A DNA stretch of 64,000 nucleotides from Candidatus Velthaea sp. (GCA_965214935.1 CBDCCS010000022.1:608001-672000), one strand, 5' to 3'; shown: positions 9,601 through 21,578, counted from the stretch's first letter. The notes: generated by a model not told the origin, from the sequence alone. Program-made: numbers and translations.

Positions 9601-10653
9601 ATGATCGACCAAGATCGGCGTTGGGATGCCGTCCGTCACCGCGACCGCACCGCCGGCTTTATTTTCGGCGTTCGCACAACGCGCATTGCGTGTCGTCCGG
9701 GCTGCCCGGCGCGCACGCCGCTTCCCGAAAACGTCGTTTTCTTCAACGACTTCGCAACCGCGCAACAAGCGGGTTTTCGCGCCTGTAAACGGTGTGCGCC
9801 GGATGCCGTGGCAGCCGATGCGGAGCGGCAATCGCTCATCGCACGCGCGTGCTCGCTGCTCGACGCCGATGAACCGGTGTCGCTCGAGGCGGCAGCGCGC
9901 GCCGTCGGTTTAAGCCGGTTTCACTTCCAGCGCGTTTTCCGTCAGGTCATCGGCCTGACGCCGGGCGATTACCTGCGTTCGCGCCGCGAGCAACGCTTGC
10001 GCGAACGCTTGGCAAGCGGAGCATCCGTAACAACGGCAGTCGTCGCCGCCGGATACGGTTCGCCCAGCCGCGTGTATGAAGCACGGACGCTTGGAATGGA
10101 CCCGTCGACGTTTTGCGGGGGTGCACGCGGCGAGCGCATAGCGTACGCCGCCACGACTTCGTCGCTTGGCTATCTGCTCGTTGCGCGCACGGAGCGCGGA
10201 ATATGCGCGATCGAACTGGGCGACGACGAGCCGGTGGTCGTTGCTGCGCTGCGCCGGATGTATCCCCGGGCAGACATCGTTGCCGACGCGGACGAACTCG
10301 AGCACAACCTTGCGGCCGTCGTCGCTTTGATCGATGGCAACGCAGAGACCGCAGCGATCGTGGATCTCGATATCCGCGGGACCGCTTTTCAGCGTCGAGT
10401 CTGGAATGCGTTGCGCTCGATCCCGCGTGGCGAAGTGTGGTCGTACGCGCGTCTCGCGGCTGAAATCGGCCGTCCGAACGCCGTCCGCGCGGTCGCCTCC
10501 GCTTGCGGCAACAATCGCATCGCCGTAGCGATTCCGTGTCACCGCGTTCTGGGGTCCGACGGCAAGCTCCGCGGCTATCGCTGGGGCGTCGACCGCAAGG
10601 CGAAGCTCTTGCGGCGCGAAAACCGCGACCGCAAGCCGCCTGCTAGCGGTTAA
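9601..10653 (+). CDS. ada: Bifunctional Ada transcriptional activator / O6-methylguanine-DNA methyltransferase
   Basis: Zn-binding CRPGC and FRACKRC, AraC HTH (LSRFHFQRVF), GTAFQ and the active site PCHRV. Confidence 0.93.
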   Translation: MIDQDRRWDAVRHRDRTAGFIFGVRTTRIACRPGCPARTPLPENVVFFNDFATAQQAGFRACKRCAPDAVAADAERQSLIARACSLLDADEPVSLEAAARAVGLSRFHFQRVFRQVIGLTPGDYLRSRREQRLRERLASGASVTTAVVAAGYGSPSRVYEARTLGMDPSTFCGGARGERIAYAATTSSLGYLLVARTERGICAIELGDDEPVVVAALRRMYPRADIVADADELEHNLAAVVALIDGNAETAAIVDLDIRGTAFQRRVWNALRSIPRGEVWSYARLAAEIGRPNAVRAVASACGNNRIAVAIPCHRVLGSDGKLRGYRWGVDRKAKLLRRENRDRKPPASG

Positions 10654-10669
10654 CGCCGGATACGTCCGC

Positions 10670-12430
<1,761 letters not shown>

Positions 12431-12490
12431 TTACCTTTGAGGTGAGCCGCTAAGGAGGAGCCGCACGGAGGTGCGCATCGAGCCGTTCAT
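12431..12490 (-). CDS. leu leader peptide MNGSMRTSVRLLLSGSPQR (alternative start at 12478)
   Basis: Three consecutive Leu codons (CTC CTC CTT), followed by antiterminator-capable sequence and a terminator, upstream of leuA. Confidence 0.75.
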   Translation of the reverse strand: MNGSMRTSVRLLLSGSPQR

Positions 12491-12602
12491 GTGCAGCGAA
12501 CGTATCACAGCCGGTGCGCCCGCGTCAAGGCGCGAGCCGGGTAGCGAGGTACGACGGAGCGTAAGGATTGCCTTACCGTGCAGTGACTTGGACCCCCGGC
12601 AG

Positions 12603-13520
12603 CTACATGCTAACGGCGAAGCGCTGAATGTAATCGTCTTTATTACCGGCTTCATCAACCATGACCGCCCAAATGTTGTGCGTCTTTGCATCGAAGCCGA
12701 GCGTGTGCATGCGGTATTTGCCGGAATACGTGCCGATGACCTTAGGTGCGGCGGTTTGCGACAGTTGATAGACCGTGATGCCGGTGCCCGCCGCACAAGC
12801 CAACAGGTGCAGGCTTTGATCGAGATCGCATTGGTCCACGTGAGCGGGCATCGCCGTTTGATATTTCTTGGTACCGGTCGTGTCGTAGACGCTCAACACG
12901 CCGTTCGCACCACCGACGACAAGTTGTTTGTAGGTCCCGTCGTATTGCAGCGGATGATTGTTGGTAAGCTCCGGTGTTGCAATCGTCGACGTAACCGCTA
13001 AACTTTCGGGATCGATCGTCGCAACTTCCGATTTGTCGGCAATATTCTGATACACCGAATGCGTTGCCGGATCGACGGCGAGATATTCCGGCTTGTGACC
13101 GGGGAGCGCGACCGTACCGATTTCTTTCATCGTCTTTGCATCGATGACGAAAACGCGCGTCCCGTCATCTTCGTCGGCATAGATATGGCCGTTCGCTTCG
13201 TCGAAGGCAATCGCATCGACCGGTCCGTCGACGGCAACCGTGCGCAAAACTTTGGCCGTACGCGGATCGCTTTCCGAAACGCTTTTATCATCGCCGTTGC
13301 CGGTATAAACTTTCGTGCCGTCCGACGTATACGCGACACCGTGCATCGGCCCGACTTTTATCTGATGTAGAATCGAGCCGTTGTCGGCGTTGACGATGAG
13401 TAACGTTTTCGCGCCGGAGTGGGCAGCGTACACGCGCCGATGCGCCGCATCGACGGTGACATAATCAAAGCCGCCCATCATTGGTACGGGCATGGGCGGG
13501 GCCATTGGAACAAGCGGCAT
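12603..13520 (-). CDS. YncE/YVTN-family beta-propeller protein
   Basis: GGFDYVTVD..RRVY followed by repeated blades (HGVA..KVY, DAIAFD..HIY, EYLAVDP..VY). Confidence 0.8.
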   Translation of the reverse strand: MPLVPMAPPMPVPMMGGFDYVTVDAAHRRVYAAHSGAKTLLIVNADNGSILHQIKVGPMHGVAYTSDGTKVYTGNGDDKSVSESDPRTAKVLRTVAVDGPVDAIAFDEANGHIYADEDDGTRVFVIDAKTMKEIGTVALPGHKPEYLAVDPATHSVYQNIADKSEVATIDPESLAVTSTIATPELTNNHPLQYDGTYKQLVVGGANGVLSVYDTTGTKKYQTAMPAHVDQCDLDQSLHLLACAAGTGITVYQLSQTAAPKVIGTYSGKYRMHTLGFDAKTHNIWAVMVDEAGNKDDYIQRFAVSM

Positions 13521-13691
13521 ATCGATGGCATTTCAACACGACTGCATGAACGTGCCATGAATGCCGCACACTTCATCTGTACGATACTGAGCGACTTGCA
13601 CGATCGACGTCCGAACGCGTTGCCGCTGCAGGCCTGGTTACCGCTCGGCTCTATCGATTTCGGTCAATCATTCAACCGTCGTGCGGCGCTA

Positions 13692-13708
13692 CTTAAGCGT
13701 TCCTTAAC
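13692..13708 (+). promoter_or_regulatory. Putative OmpR-family (PmrA/QseB/SphR-like) direct-repeat box
   Basis: CTTAAG-CGTTC-CTTAAC with an 11-bp period in the divergent intergenic region. Confidence 0.35.
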
Positions 13709-13780
13709 CTTCGGTTGTTAATCTTCGGCTCGTCGCCTCGCCGTGTTCGCGGCGGCATATTTGCTCGTTTTGGAGATCCT

Positions 13781-16534
13781 ATGTTGCCTGTTGATCGTCG
13801 GCGCATTCGGCTGACGTCGCTCCTTCTCGCCGCCGGAATTACGTGCGCACCTGTCATGAGCGTGGCGCAGGCGCAGCCTTCGAACGGAGCCTCGATCTCC
13901 AGCACCGTCCTCGACGTTCAGAACGGCTTGCCCGTCTCCGGCGCTACGGTCGCGCTCTTCATGGGCACACAAAGCGTCGCGACCGCAGTTACCGATGCTT
14001 CGGGCAGGGCAACGTTTCCAAGCGAGATTGCCGGCATCTATCATGTCGAGATCCGCGCGCAAGGTTACGGAACGGCAAGATCCGACGACGTCGTCGTTAA
14101 TCCGGGCGCGGCTGCCGCGACCATCCGTTTGACGCTGCAGCGAGCGTCGCTGTCGACCGGTTCATCGCTGCGTCAGATCGGGCGCGTTTCAAGTTCGACA
14201 CAACGTTCGCAATTGCAGAGTACGTCGACCATCACGCAAAGCGTTTCGCCCGAACGTTTGCAGCGCGAAAACTACGTACGCGTCGGCGACTCGCTCAATA
14301 CGCTGCCGGGCGTAAACCTCGGAAGTCAGGATTCGGCGGTCGGTGATGACCTGTATCTGAACATTCGCGGCGTTGGTTCGAGCGAGTCGGCCGTATTGCT
14401 TGACGGGCATCCCATTGGTCCGTTTGGAGCCGGCGGAAGCACCTTCAACCTTCAGCTAACGCCGATTTTCGCGCTTCGAAACGTCGACGTCGTGTATGGT
14501 TCGGGGACCGAAGCGCTGTACGGTACCGACGCCTTGGCCGGCGCCGTCGACCTTCAAACCCTCACGCCGACGCGCACGCCCCAAGCGACCTTCACTCAAG
14601 GCTTCGGCAATCAAGGCAAGAGCGAGAGCGTCATAACGTCGACCGGCACGTACGGCCGCCTCGGGGTTGCGCTTGAGTCGTCGACGCAAGGAACGTACGG
14701 CAATTTCAAGCCGGGACCGCAGTTCCAAAGCGGCTTTCTCGCCAACACACAAGACTTCTCGACCGCCGGAATTAATGCCGCAGGTGCGCTTTACTCGGTG
14801 TCGGCGAACTATCTCTTGCGCGATAATCTGGCCAAAATCAATTATTCGTTCAGCCCGAAAACAAACGTTACGCTGCAATATTACTCGTCGTCGTCGACCG
14901 ACGATAAGACCGGTAACGGTGATAATGATGCTTTCGGCGCCGCGTATTCGTACAATCAGGTGCTGACGGGTTCGTTGCTCGCCGGCGGTCCTGGTACGCT
15001 TGTGCCGCTGCCGAGTAACGGTGCGACTCCGTGCGCGCCGATCGGCGGCAACAACGCCTCGATTCCGGTCACGACCAATAGCGGCGTTTCGTGTCTTAAT
15101 CCTTCGCAATATGCGTTGGCGACGACGGGTGCGGCCGGTGGTGGAGGCGGGCGCTGGCAATGGGACGCATTGCGCGATGCAACATTCCGGCTCGATCATC
15201 AGTTCGCCGGCAACAATAACTTCGCGGCGACCCTGTATACTGATTCCTATGCAATCGACACGACGCGGTATCCGAAAACGCAGTCGGAGCGCTACAAGAC
15301 TTTCGGCATTCAGCTAAGCGACGACGTCATTACGGCAAACAATGATTTTGGCGTCGGTTACTTTTCGCCGCACCAACAAGAAGCGGGCGATCAGCTTATC
15401 GGTGACACGATCGTTCAAAATCCGGTTCTCGGCCAAAGCACGACCAATTTTTTCTTGCGCGATAATTTGCAGCTAAGTAATCGCGTATCGATCTTTAGTA
15501 ACTTGTGGATTAAGCAGTCGTCGGTTTCGAACAGCACGCTGCTCGATCCGCGTGTTTCGCTCGTCGTGCGCCCGACGAATAACGATGTCGTTCGTTTCTC
15601 GGCGGCTCGTGCAAGCAACGTTCCGGATATTGGTCTGCTGCAAGGTGCAACTTCGTTCTCGAACCCCGGCTCCGTCAATGTTACATGCAACTCGCTCACG
15701 GGTTTAGGCTCGATCCCGTCCGTCGGACTCGTACCGGAAACTGCAAAATCGCTTGAACTTGCAATCGGTCATCGCTTTTATAATGATTCGCAAATTCAAG
15801 TTGCCGCTTACGACGAAAATATTTCCGAGAAATTGGTCGGTACATCAGTCGCGCTTTCGTCCGTACCGCAGTTTTTGACCGACCCCGGCTTTCTCGGCCA
15901 ACTGAACGGCTATCTCTCGAAGTTCAACCAACAATGCGGAAAAACGCTGACGACGGCGCAACAGCTCGCAGCAATCACGAGCGTGAGCGGCACACTCAAT
16001 GCCACCAACGGGCAATATCGCGGGATCGAGGTTTCCGGCCGCGCCCGTGTTAATCGCGCCGTCTACTTTGACTATGCGTACGACCTTCAATCGGCGCAGT
16101 ATCTCGGACTCGATTCAGCGACGCTTTTACGGGCGCCAAACCTTGTCAACGGCGTGCAGCAGTCGGGTATCCCGCTGCAGAAAGCATCGCTGGGCCTTGA
16201 TGTTAGCGACCAGCATGGGTTGGAGCTGCGCTTCGATGCATTTTATGTCGGCGCAAACAACGGTTACGACCGGCCGGCCTATACTTTCTTTAACAGCGGA
16301 ATCTCGAAGACGCTGCGTACCGGCACGACGCTTACGCTCGGCGTGCAAAATTTGTTCAACTCGGCAACACAGCAATACGGACTAATCGGAAACGGCGTCT
16401 ATTACCCGTACAATCCGGTCTTCGCCGCCGCAAACCCGGGAGTCCCGACAACGGCGCTCGTCAACGGAAACGAGGAATTCGGCTTGTCGCCGCGTGCAAT
16501 TATCTTCGCGCTTTCACAGCGCGTCGGTCGCTAG
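13781..16534 (+). CDS. TonB-dependent receptor with an N-terminal carboxypeptidase-regulatory-like domain
   Basis: Signal peptide, plug motifs (LPGV, LNIRG, VLLDGHP, LYGTDALAGAVDL), PETAKSLELA, GVQNLFN and a terminal PR beta-strand. GGAG SD. Confidence 0.9.
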   Translation: MLPVDRRRIRLTSLLLAAGITCAPVMSVAQAQPSNGASISSTVLDVQNGLPVSGATVALFMGTQSVATAVTDASGRATFPSEIAGIYHVEIRAQGYGTARSDDVVVNPGAAAATIRLTLQRASLSTGSSLRQIGRVSSSTQRSQLQSTSTITQSVSPERLQRENYVRVGDSLNTLPGVNLGSQDSAVGDDLYLNIRGVGSSESAVLLDGHPIGPFGAGGSTFNLQLTPIFALRNVDVVYGSGTEALYGTDALAGAVDLQTLTPTRTPQATFTQGFGNQGKSESVITSTGTYGRLGVALESSTQGTYGNFKPGPQFQSGFLANTQDFSTAGINAAGALYSVSANYLLRDNLAKINYSFSPKTNVTLQYYSSSSTDDKTGNGDNDAFGAAYSYNQVLTGSLLAGGPGTLVPLPSNGATPCAPIGGNNASIPVTTNSGVSCLNPSQYALATTGAAGGGGGRWQWDALRDATFRLDHQFAGNNNFAATLYTDSYAIDTTRYPKTQSERYKTFGIQLSDDVITANNDFGVGYFSPHQQEAGDQLIGDTIVQNPVLGQSTTNFFLRDNLQLSNRVSIFSNLWIKQSSVSNSTLLDPRVSLVVRPTNNDVVRFSAARASNVPDIGLLQGATSFSNPGSVNVTCNSLTGLGSIPSVGLVPETAKSLELAIGHRFYNDSQIQVAAYDENISEKLVGTSVALSSVPQFLTDPGFLGQLNGYLSKFNQQCGKTLTTAQQLAAITSVSGTLNATNGQYRGIEVSGRARVNRAVYFDYAYDLQSAQYLGLDSATLLRAPNLVNGVQQSGIPLQKASLGLDVSDQHGLELRFDAFYVGANNGYDRPAYTFFNSGISKTLRTGTTLTLGVQNLFNSATQQYGLIGNGVYYPYNPVFAAANPGVPTTALVNGNEEFGLSPRAIIFALSQRVGR

Positions 16535-16573
16535 TAACCCGCCGGGGCGGCCGGCTGCATCGAACTTAACCTG

Positions 16574-16614
16574 GCAAACAAAAGGCCGGACGTCACGTCC
16601 GGCCTTTTGTTTGC
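16574..16614. terminator. Bidirectional intrinsic terminator
   Basis: Perfect inverted repeat GCAAACAAAAGGCCGGACG-TCA-CGTCCGGCCTTTTGTTTGC between convergent genes. Confidence 0.85.
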
Positions 16615-16668
16615 TTCATACGACGATGAGCGAAGTTAACCGGCACAGTTCGCCGTCTGCATTGACCC

Positions 16669-16923
16669 TTACGGCACGTCGTGAAAGGTGCGCTTTTTGG
16701 CCACGTCGTCAACTTCGAGGTCGTCCAAAAAGTAATACACGATCTTTCGGTCGTCGAAGCCGACTTTGGCGAGTTCCCGGCCGTCGATGGTGACGACTTC
16801 GTGAATATGCCCGGTTTGGCCGGCATATGTGTAGTTGACTTGTCGGTAGCCCGGATTGTCGAGCGCCGGACGCGGAATAACTTTGGTGCCGCGCAGCGGC
16901 GTTTGGTGGCGGTGTTCGCTCAA
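16669..16923 (-). CDS. Small hypothetical protein, possible SH3/KOW-like beta fold
   Basis: TTG start with GAGGT upstream. The sequence YAGQTGHIHEVV..AKVGFDD is protein-like and the gene ends ahead of the terminator. Confidence 0.6.
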   Translation of the reverse strand: MSEHRHQTPLRGTKVIPRPALDNPGYRQVNYTYAGQTGHIHEVVTIDGRELAKVGFDDRKIVYYFLDDLEVDDVAKKRTFHDVP

Positions 16924-16979
16924 GGGACCTCTGATCGAACCGACAATTGGATGACTGACGCCTTCGCCGGGGAGCGACT

Positions 16980-17537
16980 ATGATCATCGAGTTTCGCGGA
17001 AAACGGCCGATCATCGCTGCAACGGCCTTTGTCGCGCCGACCGCCGTGCTGATCGGCGATGTTGAGGTCGGCGAAGAATCGAGCGTGTGGTTCGGTACGG
17101 TACTGCGCGGCGATAACGGGCCTATCCGGATCGGAGCGCGCACGTCGATTCAAGATAATAGCGTCGTGCATGTAAGTCCGGGCCATCAAACGATTATCGG
17201 AGACGACTGTACGATCGGACATTGCGCGGTGCTCGAAGATTGCACCATTGCGAACGGGACGCTTATCGGCAGCAATGCCGTCGTGCTCAACGAAGCCGTA
17301 GTCGGCGAAAAGTCGCTCGTTGGTGCGGGTTCGGTCGTCGCCGCGAAGGCGCAAATCCCGGCGGCAGTCGTCGCGGTCGGTGCGCCGGCGCACGTAAAGA
17401 AACCGCTCGAAGGCGATGCGGTTTGGTGGATCGAGCATGCCGCTCACGAGTACGTCGAGCTTTCGCGGTCGTACCTCGAAAGCGGCATCGGCGATCCGTG
17501 GATGCACGAAATCGCCACCGCACGCAGTTCGGCGTAG
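16980..17537 (+). CDS. Gamma-carbonic anhydrase family (PaaY/YrdA-like) hexapeptide-repeat protein
   Basis: IGDVEVG..SVWFGTVLRGD, IQDNSVVH and TIGH. Confidence 0.9.
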   Translation: MIIEFRGKRPIIAATAFVAPTAVLIGDVEVGEESSVWFGTVLRGDNGPIRIGARTSIQDNSVVHVSPGHQTIIGDDCTIGHCAVLEDCTIANGTLIGSNAVVLNEAVVGEKSLVGAGSVVAAKAQIPAAVVAVGAPAHVKKPLEGDAVWWIEHAAHEYVELSRSYLESGIGDPWMHEIATARSSA

Positions 17538-17540
17538 GAT

Positions 17541-18911
17541 TTACGGCGCGGCGTAATGCGCTTCGTCGCCGTACGGGACGAAGAGCGTATGTTCTTGCAG
17601 AAAACGTAAACGAACCGTTCCGACTTTGCCGTTGCGATGCTTGGCAATAATGAATTCGGTCAAATCCGGATCCGGCGTCGTCTCGCGATTATAGTAGGCA
17701 TCGCGGTACAGAAACGTCACCAGATCCGCTTCTTGTTCGATCGCTCCGCTGTCACGCAGATCGGCGAGCATCGGCCGCTTATCTTGACGCGCTTCAACGC
17801 CGCGATTGAGTTGCGCGAGCGCAATGATCGGTACGCCTAAGTCTTTGGCCGTCGCTTTGAGCGTGCGGCAGATTTCCGACAATTCCTCATTACGATTGAC
17901 GTTGCGCCCGAGGGTTCCGGGCCGTACGAGCTGGAGATAATCGATGAAGACCGCCGCGAGTCCGACGCTCGATTTCAACCGGCGGCAGCGACTGCGTATC
18001 TCCGTTACCGTTACCGAACCGGAATCATCAAGATAGATCGGCAAGTCGTGCAGATCGCCCATCGCACGTCCGATGACTTCCCATTCGCTCTCTTTGATGT
18101 TGCCGCGGCGCAGCTTCGATGCATCGAGGCGGCCTTCCGATGAAATGAAGCGCTCGACGAGCTCTTGCTTCGTCATTTCAAGTGAAAAAAAGGCAACGGG
18201 CTGGCGTTCGTCTTTTGCCGCCGCGACCGCCATGTTGAGCGCCATCGATGTTTTGCCCATCGCCGGACGCGCGGCGACGATGACTAAGTTGCCCGGCTGC
18301 CAGCCCGCGGTGTATTCGTCGACATCGTGAAAGCCGCTGGTGACGCCCGTGCGATCGCCTTTATGCTCGAACCGGCGTTCGAGGTCTTGAAAAACGCCGA
18401 GCAGTAAATCTCCGACCGGAGCAAAGTTCTTTTTCGTGCCGCGATTCGTTACGTCGTAAACGATCTGTTCGCTCGAATCCATCGCTGCCGGAACATCTTC
18501 TTCCGCCTCGTAACCGAGCTTCGTAATTTGCGTGCCGGCATGAATCAAACCGCGTAACGCCGACTTCTCGCGAACGATTTTGGCGTAATACTCAGCGGAC
18601 GCCGCCGTTGCCACGGTGTCCATGAGCGATGAAAGATACGCGATTCCACCGATCTTGTCGAGCATTCCGCGTAAACGCAACTCGTTTGATACTGTTATCT
18701 TATCGAGCGGCTCACCGCGGTCGTTGAGTGCGGTGAGCGCGATGAAAATCGTCTCGTGAAGGCTGGCGTAGAAATCCTCATGCCGCACGATCTCGCTGAC
18801 GGTCGCCATCATCTCTTTGTCGACCAGAACCGAACCGAGCAGCGCCATCTCCGCCTCGAGGTTATTCGGCGGTATCCGGTCGATGACCGAAAGATATTGC
18901 GGTGCGTTCAC
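17541..18911 (-). CDS. dnaB: Replicative DNA helicase
   Basis: PPNNLEAE, AARPAMGKT, FSLEM, IDYLQL, AQLNR, DLRDSGAIEQEAD and KHRNG. No intein. Confidence 0.98.
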   Translation of the reverse strand: MNAPQYLSVIDRIPPNNLEAEMALLGSVLVDKEMMATVSEIVRHEDFYASLHETIFIALTALNDRGEPLDKITVSNELRLRGMLDKIGGIAYLSSLMDTVATAASAEYYAKIVREKSALRGLIHAGTQITKLGYEAEEDVPAAMDSSEQIVYDVTNRGTKKNFAPVGDLLLGVFQDLERRFEHKGDRTGVTSGFHDVDEYTAGWQPGNLVIVAARPAMGKTSMALNMAVAAAKDERQPVAFFSLEMTKQELVERFISSEGRLDASKLRRGNIKESEWEVIGRAMGDLHDLPIYLDDSGSVTVTEIRSRCRRLKSSVGLAAVFIDYLQLVRPGTLGRNVNRNEELSEICRTLKATAKDLGVPIIALAQLNRGVEARQDKRPMLADLRDSGAIEQEADLVTFLYRDAYYNRETTPDPDLTEFIIAKHRNGKVGTVRLRFLQEHTLFVPYGDEAHYAAP

Positions 18912-20857
18912 CGCGCGGTCTTTCGGGCCCGTGCGAACGGGGGCAACGGAACGCGAACGCCGCAGGCTACGAGCGCTTCTGCGACGGTTGCAACCGGCAC
19001 CACCGTTATACCATCGGGCATGGCTTCGATCTCACGCGCGTTTTCTTTCGGTATGACCATCACGCGCATCCCTGCCTGGCGCGCGGCGTACAACTTCTCG
19101 ACCACGCCGCCGATCGCTCGAACGTTACCGGCAATGGAAACCTCACCCGTCACGGCGATATCCTGCGGCAACGGCAATTTGAGAAGCGCAGAATAAAGCG
19201 CAAGGAAAAACGCTAAACCGGCCGACGGTCCGTCGATGTTGCCTCCGCCCACGACATTGATATGCAAATCGAAGTCGGCCGGATCGACGCCGGCGAACGC
19301 GCGCACCACGGCTGTCGCATTGAAGACCGAATCGCGCGACATCGAACCGGCCGTATCGTTGAATCGCACGGCACCTTTGCGCGATTCATGCGCCGGAAAC
19401 GCCGCGGCTTCGATCTCAATGATCGAACCGACATAGTGCACGACACCCAAACCATGCATCTTGCCCAGTTCTTTGCCGCGCCGCGCACGCGCAAGCGTAT
19501 GCTGCGCTAAACGGCCGGCTTGCACGACTTCGAGTACGTCTTCATCGCGCACCATCACACTGCGTGTTTTCGATCCATGTCGATATAATGCATGGCCGTG
19601 CGCGTCGGCTAGAATCTGTACCGCTTTGCGACCTTCGATCGTATACGATGCGATGAGCGCCGGCACGGACTTAAAAATCTTTGTACCGAGCCGTACGGCA
19701 GCTTCCTCAACGATGCGCACGACTTGAGCTTGCGTCAACGGCTCGAAGTAGACAGCCGCGCAGCGCGAACGGATCGCCGCGTCGATCGCTTCCGGATCGC
19801 GCGTCGTCGCGCCGATCAGAATGAAGTCGGCCGGCGCGCCTTGCGCAAACAGCTTTTTGACATACGCCGGGACACCCGGGTCGTGCTCGTCATAATACGA
19901 CGACTCGAAGGTCACGCGCTTATCTTCGAGCACCTTGAGCAGCTTGGTTTGCATGGTCGGATCCATCTCGCCGATCTCGTCGATGAACAAGACGCCGCCG
20001 TGCGCGCGTGTAACGAGGCCGAGCTTCGGTTCCGGGATGCCGCCCTCGGCGAACTCGCGTCGCGAACCTTGATAGATCGGATCGTGCACGCTACCCAATA
20101 GCGGATTCGTGGTTTCACGATGATCGTAACGCAGCGTCGTGCCGCTGGCTTCAACGAACGGAGCTTCTTGCGCGAACGGGGAGTGCGGCCGCGCTTTCGC
20201 CAGTTCAAGTGCGAGCCGCGCTACCGTCGTTTTTCCAACGCCGGGCGGCCCATAGAGAATGACGTGTTGCGGATAGGGTGACGCCATTTTTGCCAGCAGT
20301 GCGCGAATCGCAGGTTCTTGACCGACGATCTCATTAAGGTTGCGCGGCCGCAGCACGTCGAGTGCAGCGGTGTCGAGTCTGCGCGCGTCGAGTGCGCGCA
20401 GATCTTCAAGCTTCCGCTGCGTCGCGGGCGTTTCAGGGCCGGCCTCTTCGCGCAATGCCTCGAGCTTCAAATCGCGCAGATACTCTTGATGCCGAACCAG
20501 CATCTTAGCGTTTATTTTGCGTTCGAGATTCTCTTCGACATTGCGCTGTGCTACGAGGTCCGCTAAAGCATCTTCGATCTCACCGATGATCTTTCGATAT
20601 TGCGGCTTGGCCGGCAGCTTTTCAATCGTCGGATCCTCGAACACCAAGCGTTGCAAGGCTAAGAGCCGGTCGGGTAGGGTGGCCGAACGCATCTGCCGTA
20701 ACGTGCCGAGCTTACCGGCGCGCAAGACGACTTTCTCCGAGCCGAGCGCCGCCGAAAGGACTTCGTAGAGGGCCGCTACCTCGCGGCGCAGTCCTTCATC
20801 ACCGCCGTATTTGCGACGGAAGCGACCGACATGCGGATTCTCTTCCGGCGCTGCCAC
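18908..20857 (-). CDS. lonC: Lon-family ATP-dependent protease, LonC/LonB type
   Basis: LRP..IVGQ, PYPQHVILYGPPGVGKT, FIDEIGE, catalytic DGPSAG and IGGVVEK. Located between rplI and dnaB. Confidence 0.85.
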   Translation of the reverse strand: MAAPEENPHVGRFRRKYGGDEGLRREVAALYEVLSAALGSEKVVLRAGKLGTLRQMRSATLPDRLLALQRLVFEDPTIEKLPAKPQYRKIIGEIEDALADLVAQRNVEENLERKINAKMLVRHQEYLRDLKLEALREEAGPETPATQRKLEDLRALDARRLDTAALDVLRPRNLNEIVGQEPAIRALLAKMASPYPQHVILYGPPGVGKTTVARLALELAKARPHSPFAQEAPFVEASGTTLRYDHRETTNPLLGSVHDPIYQGSRREFAEGGIPEPKLGLVTRAHGGVLFIDEIGEMDPTMQTKLLKVLEDKRVTFESSYYDEHDPGVPAYVKKLFAQGAPADFILIGATTRDPEAIDAAIRSRCAAVYFEPLTQAQVVRIVEEAAVRLGTKIFKSVPALIASYTIEGRKAVQILADAHGHALYRHGSKTRSVMVRDEDVLEVVQAGRLAQHTLARARRGKELGKMHGLGVVHYVGSIIEIEAAAFPAHESRKGAVRFNDTAGSMSRDSVFNATAVVRAFAGVDPADFDLHINVVGGGNIDGPSAGLAFFLALYSALLKLPLPQDIAVTGEVSIAGNVRAIGGVVEKLYAARQAGMRVMVIPKENAREIEAMPDGITVVPVATVAEALVACGVRVPLPPFARARKTAR

Positions 20858-20858
20858 G

Positions 20859-21308
20859 TTAGCTTTGGTTGACCACCTGAATCGACGTTTTCGCGATGAT
20901 GTTGTTGCCTAAGCGAACTTGAACGGGATACGTACCGAGCGCTTTGATGCCGTCCTTCATTTCGATCTTGTGCCGATCGATCGTCACGTTCAGCTGGGCG
21001 GCAATGGCATCGGAGACCTGAGCGTTGGTAACCGTTCCGAACAAGCGTCCGTTGCCGCCCGCCTTGGCCGATACTTTCAACACGAGTGCTTCGAGTTGCT
21101 CGGCGACTTCGCGTGCGTTCGCTACTTCTTCGGCTTGGCGCCGCTGCTTGGCGCGATTCTGCTGTTCGAGCATCTTGAGTGCGCCGCCCGATGCTTCGGC
21201 TGCAAGATCGCGCGGAAACAAATAATTGTTGGCATAGCCGTCGGCGACATTGACGACCGTACCGCGCTTACCGAGCGTCGCGATATCGTCGAGTAAAATA
21301 ACTTTCAT
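20859..21308 (-). CDS. rplI: 50S ribosomal protein L9
   Basis: MKVILLDD..LGKRG..VADGYANNYL and GRLFGTVT. Confidence 0.98.
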   Translation of the reverse strand: MKVILLDDIATLGKRGTVVNVADGYANNYLFPRDLAAEASGGALKMLEQQNRAKQRRQAEEVANAREVAEQLEALVLKVSAKAGGNGRLFGTVTNAQVSDAIAAQLNVTIDRHKIEMKDGIKALGTYPVQVRLGNNIIAKTSIQVVNQS

Positions 21309-21323
21309 GATCGGATGCCTTCC

Positions 21324-21578
21324 TTAGTCGGACGCAAACGGAAGGAACGCGATAATGCGTGCACGTTTCACGGCGACCGTCAAACCGCGCTGATGGCTCG
21401 CGCAGTTGCCCGAGATGCGGCGGGGCAGAATCTTCCCGCGCTCGCTAATGTATTTACGTAATCGCGTCGCATCTTTGTAGTTGATATCGGGCAGCTTGTC
21501 AGCGCAAAAATTACAGACTTTACGCTTCGGGCGCCGCTCTTTTTTCGCAGCTCCGACGCGCTTTTTGGTAACCGGCAT
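21324..21578 (-). CDS. rpsR: 30S ribosomal protein S18, Zn-binding (C+) form
   Basis: [35 protein letters not shown]. Confidence 0.98.
   Translation of the reverse strand: MPVTKKRVGAAKKERRPKRKVCNFCADKLPDINYKDATRLRKYISERGKILPRRISGNCASHQRGLTVAVKRARIIAFLPFASD

Noticed and set aside
13521..13780. Cobalamin or TPP riboswitch upstream of the TonB receptor
   Set aside because: No B12-box or TPP core motifs could be found by eye.
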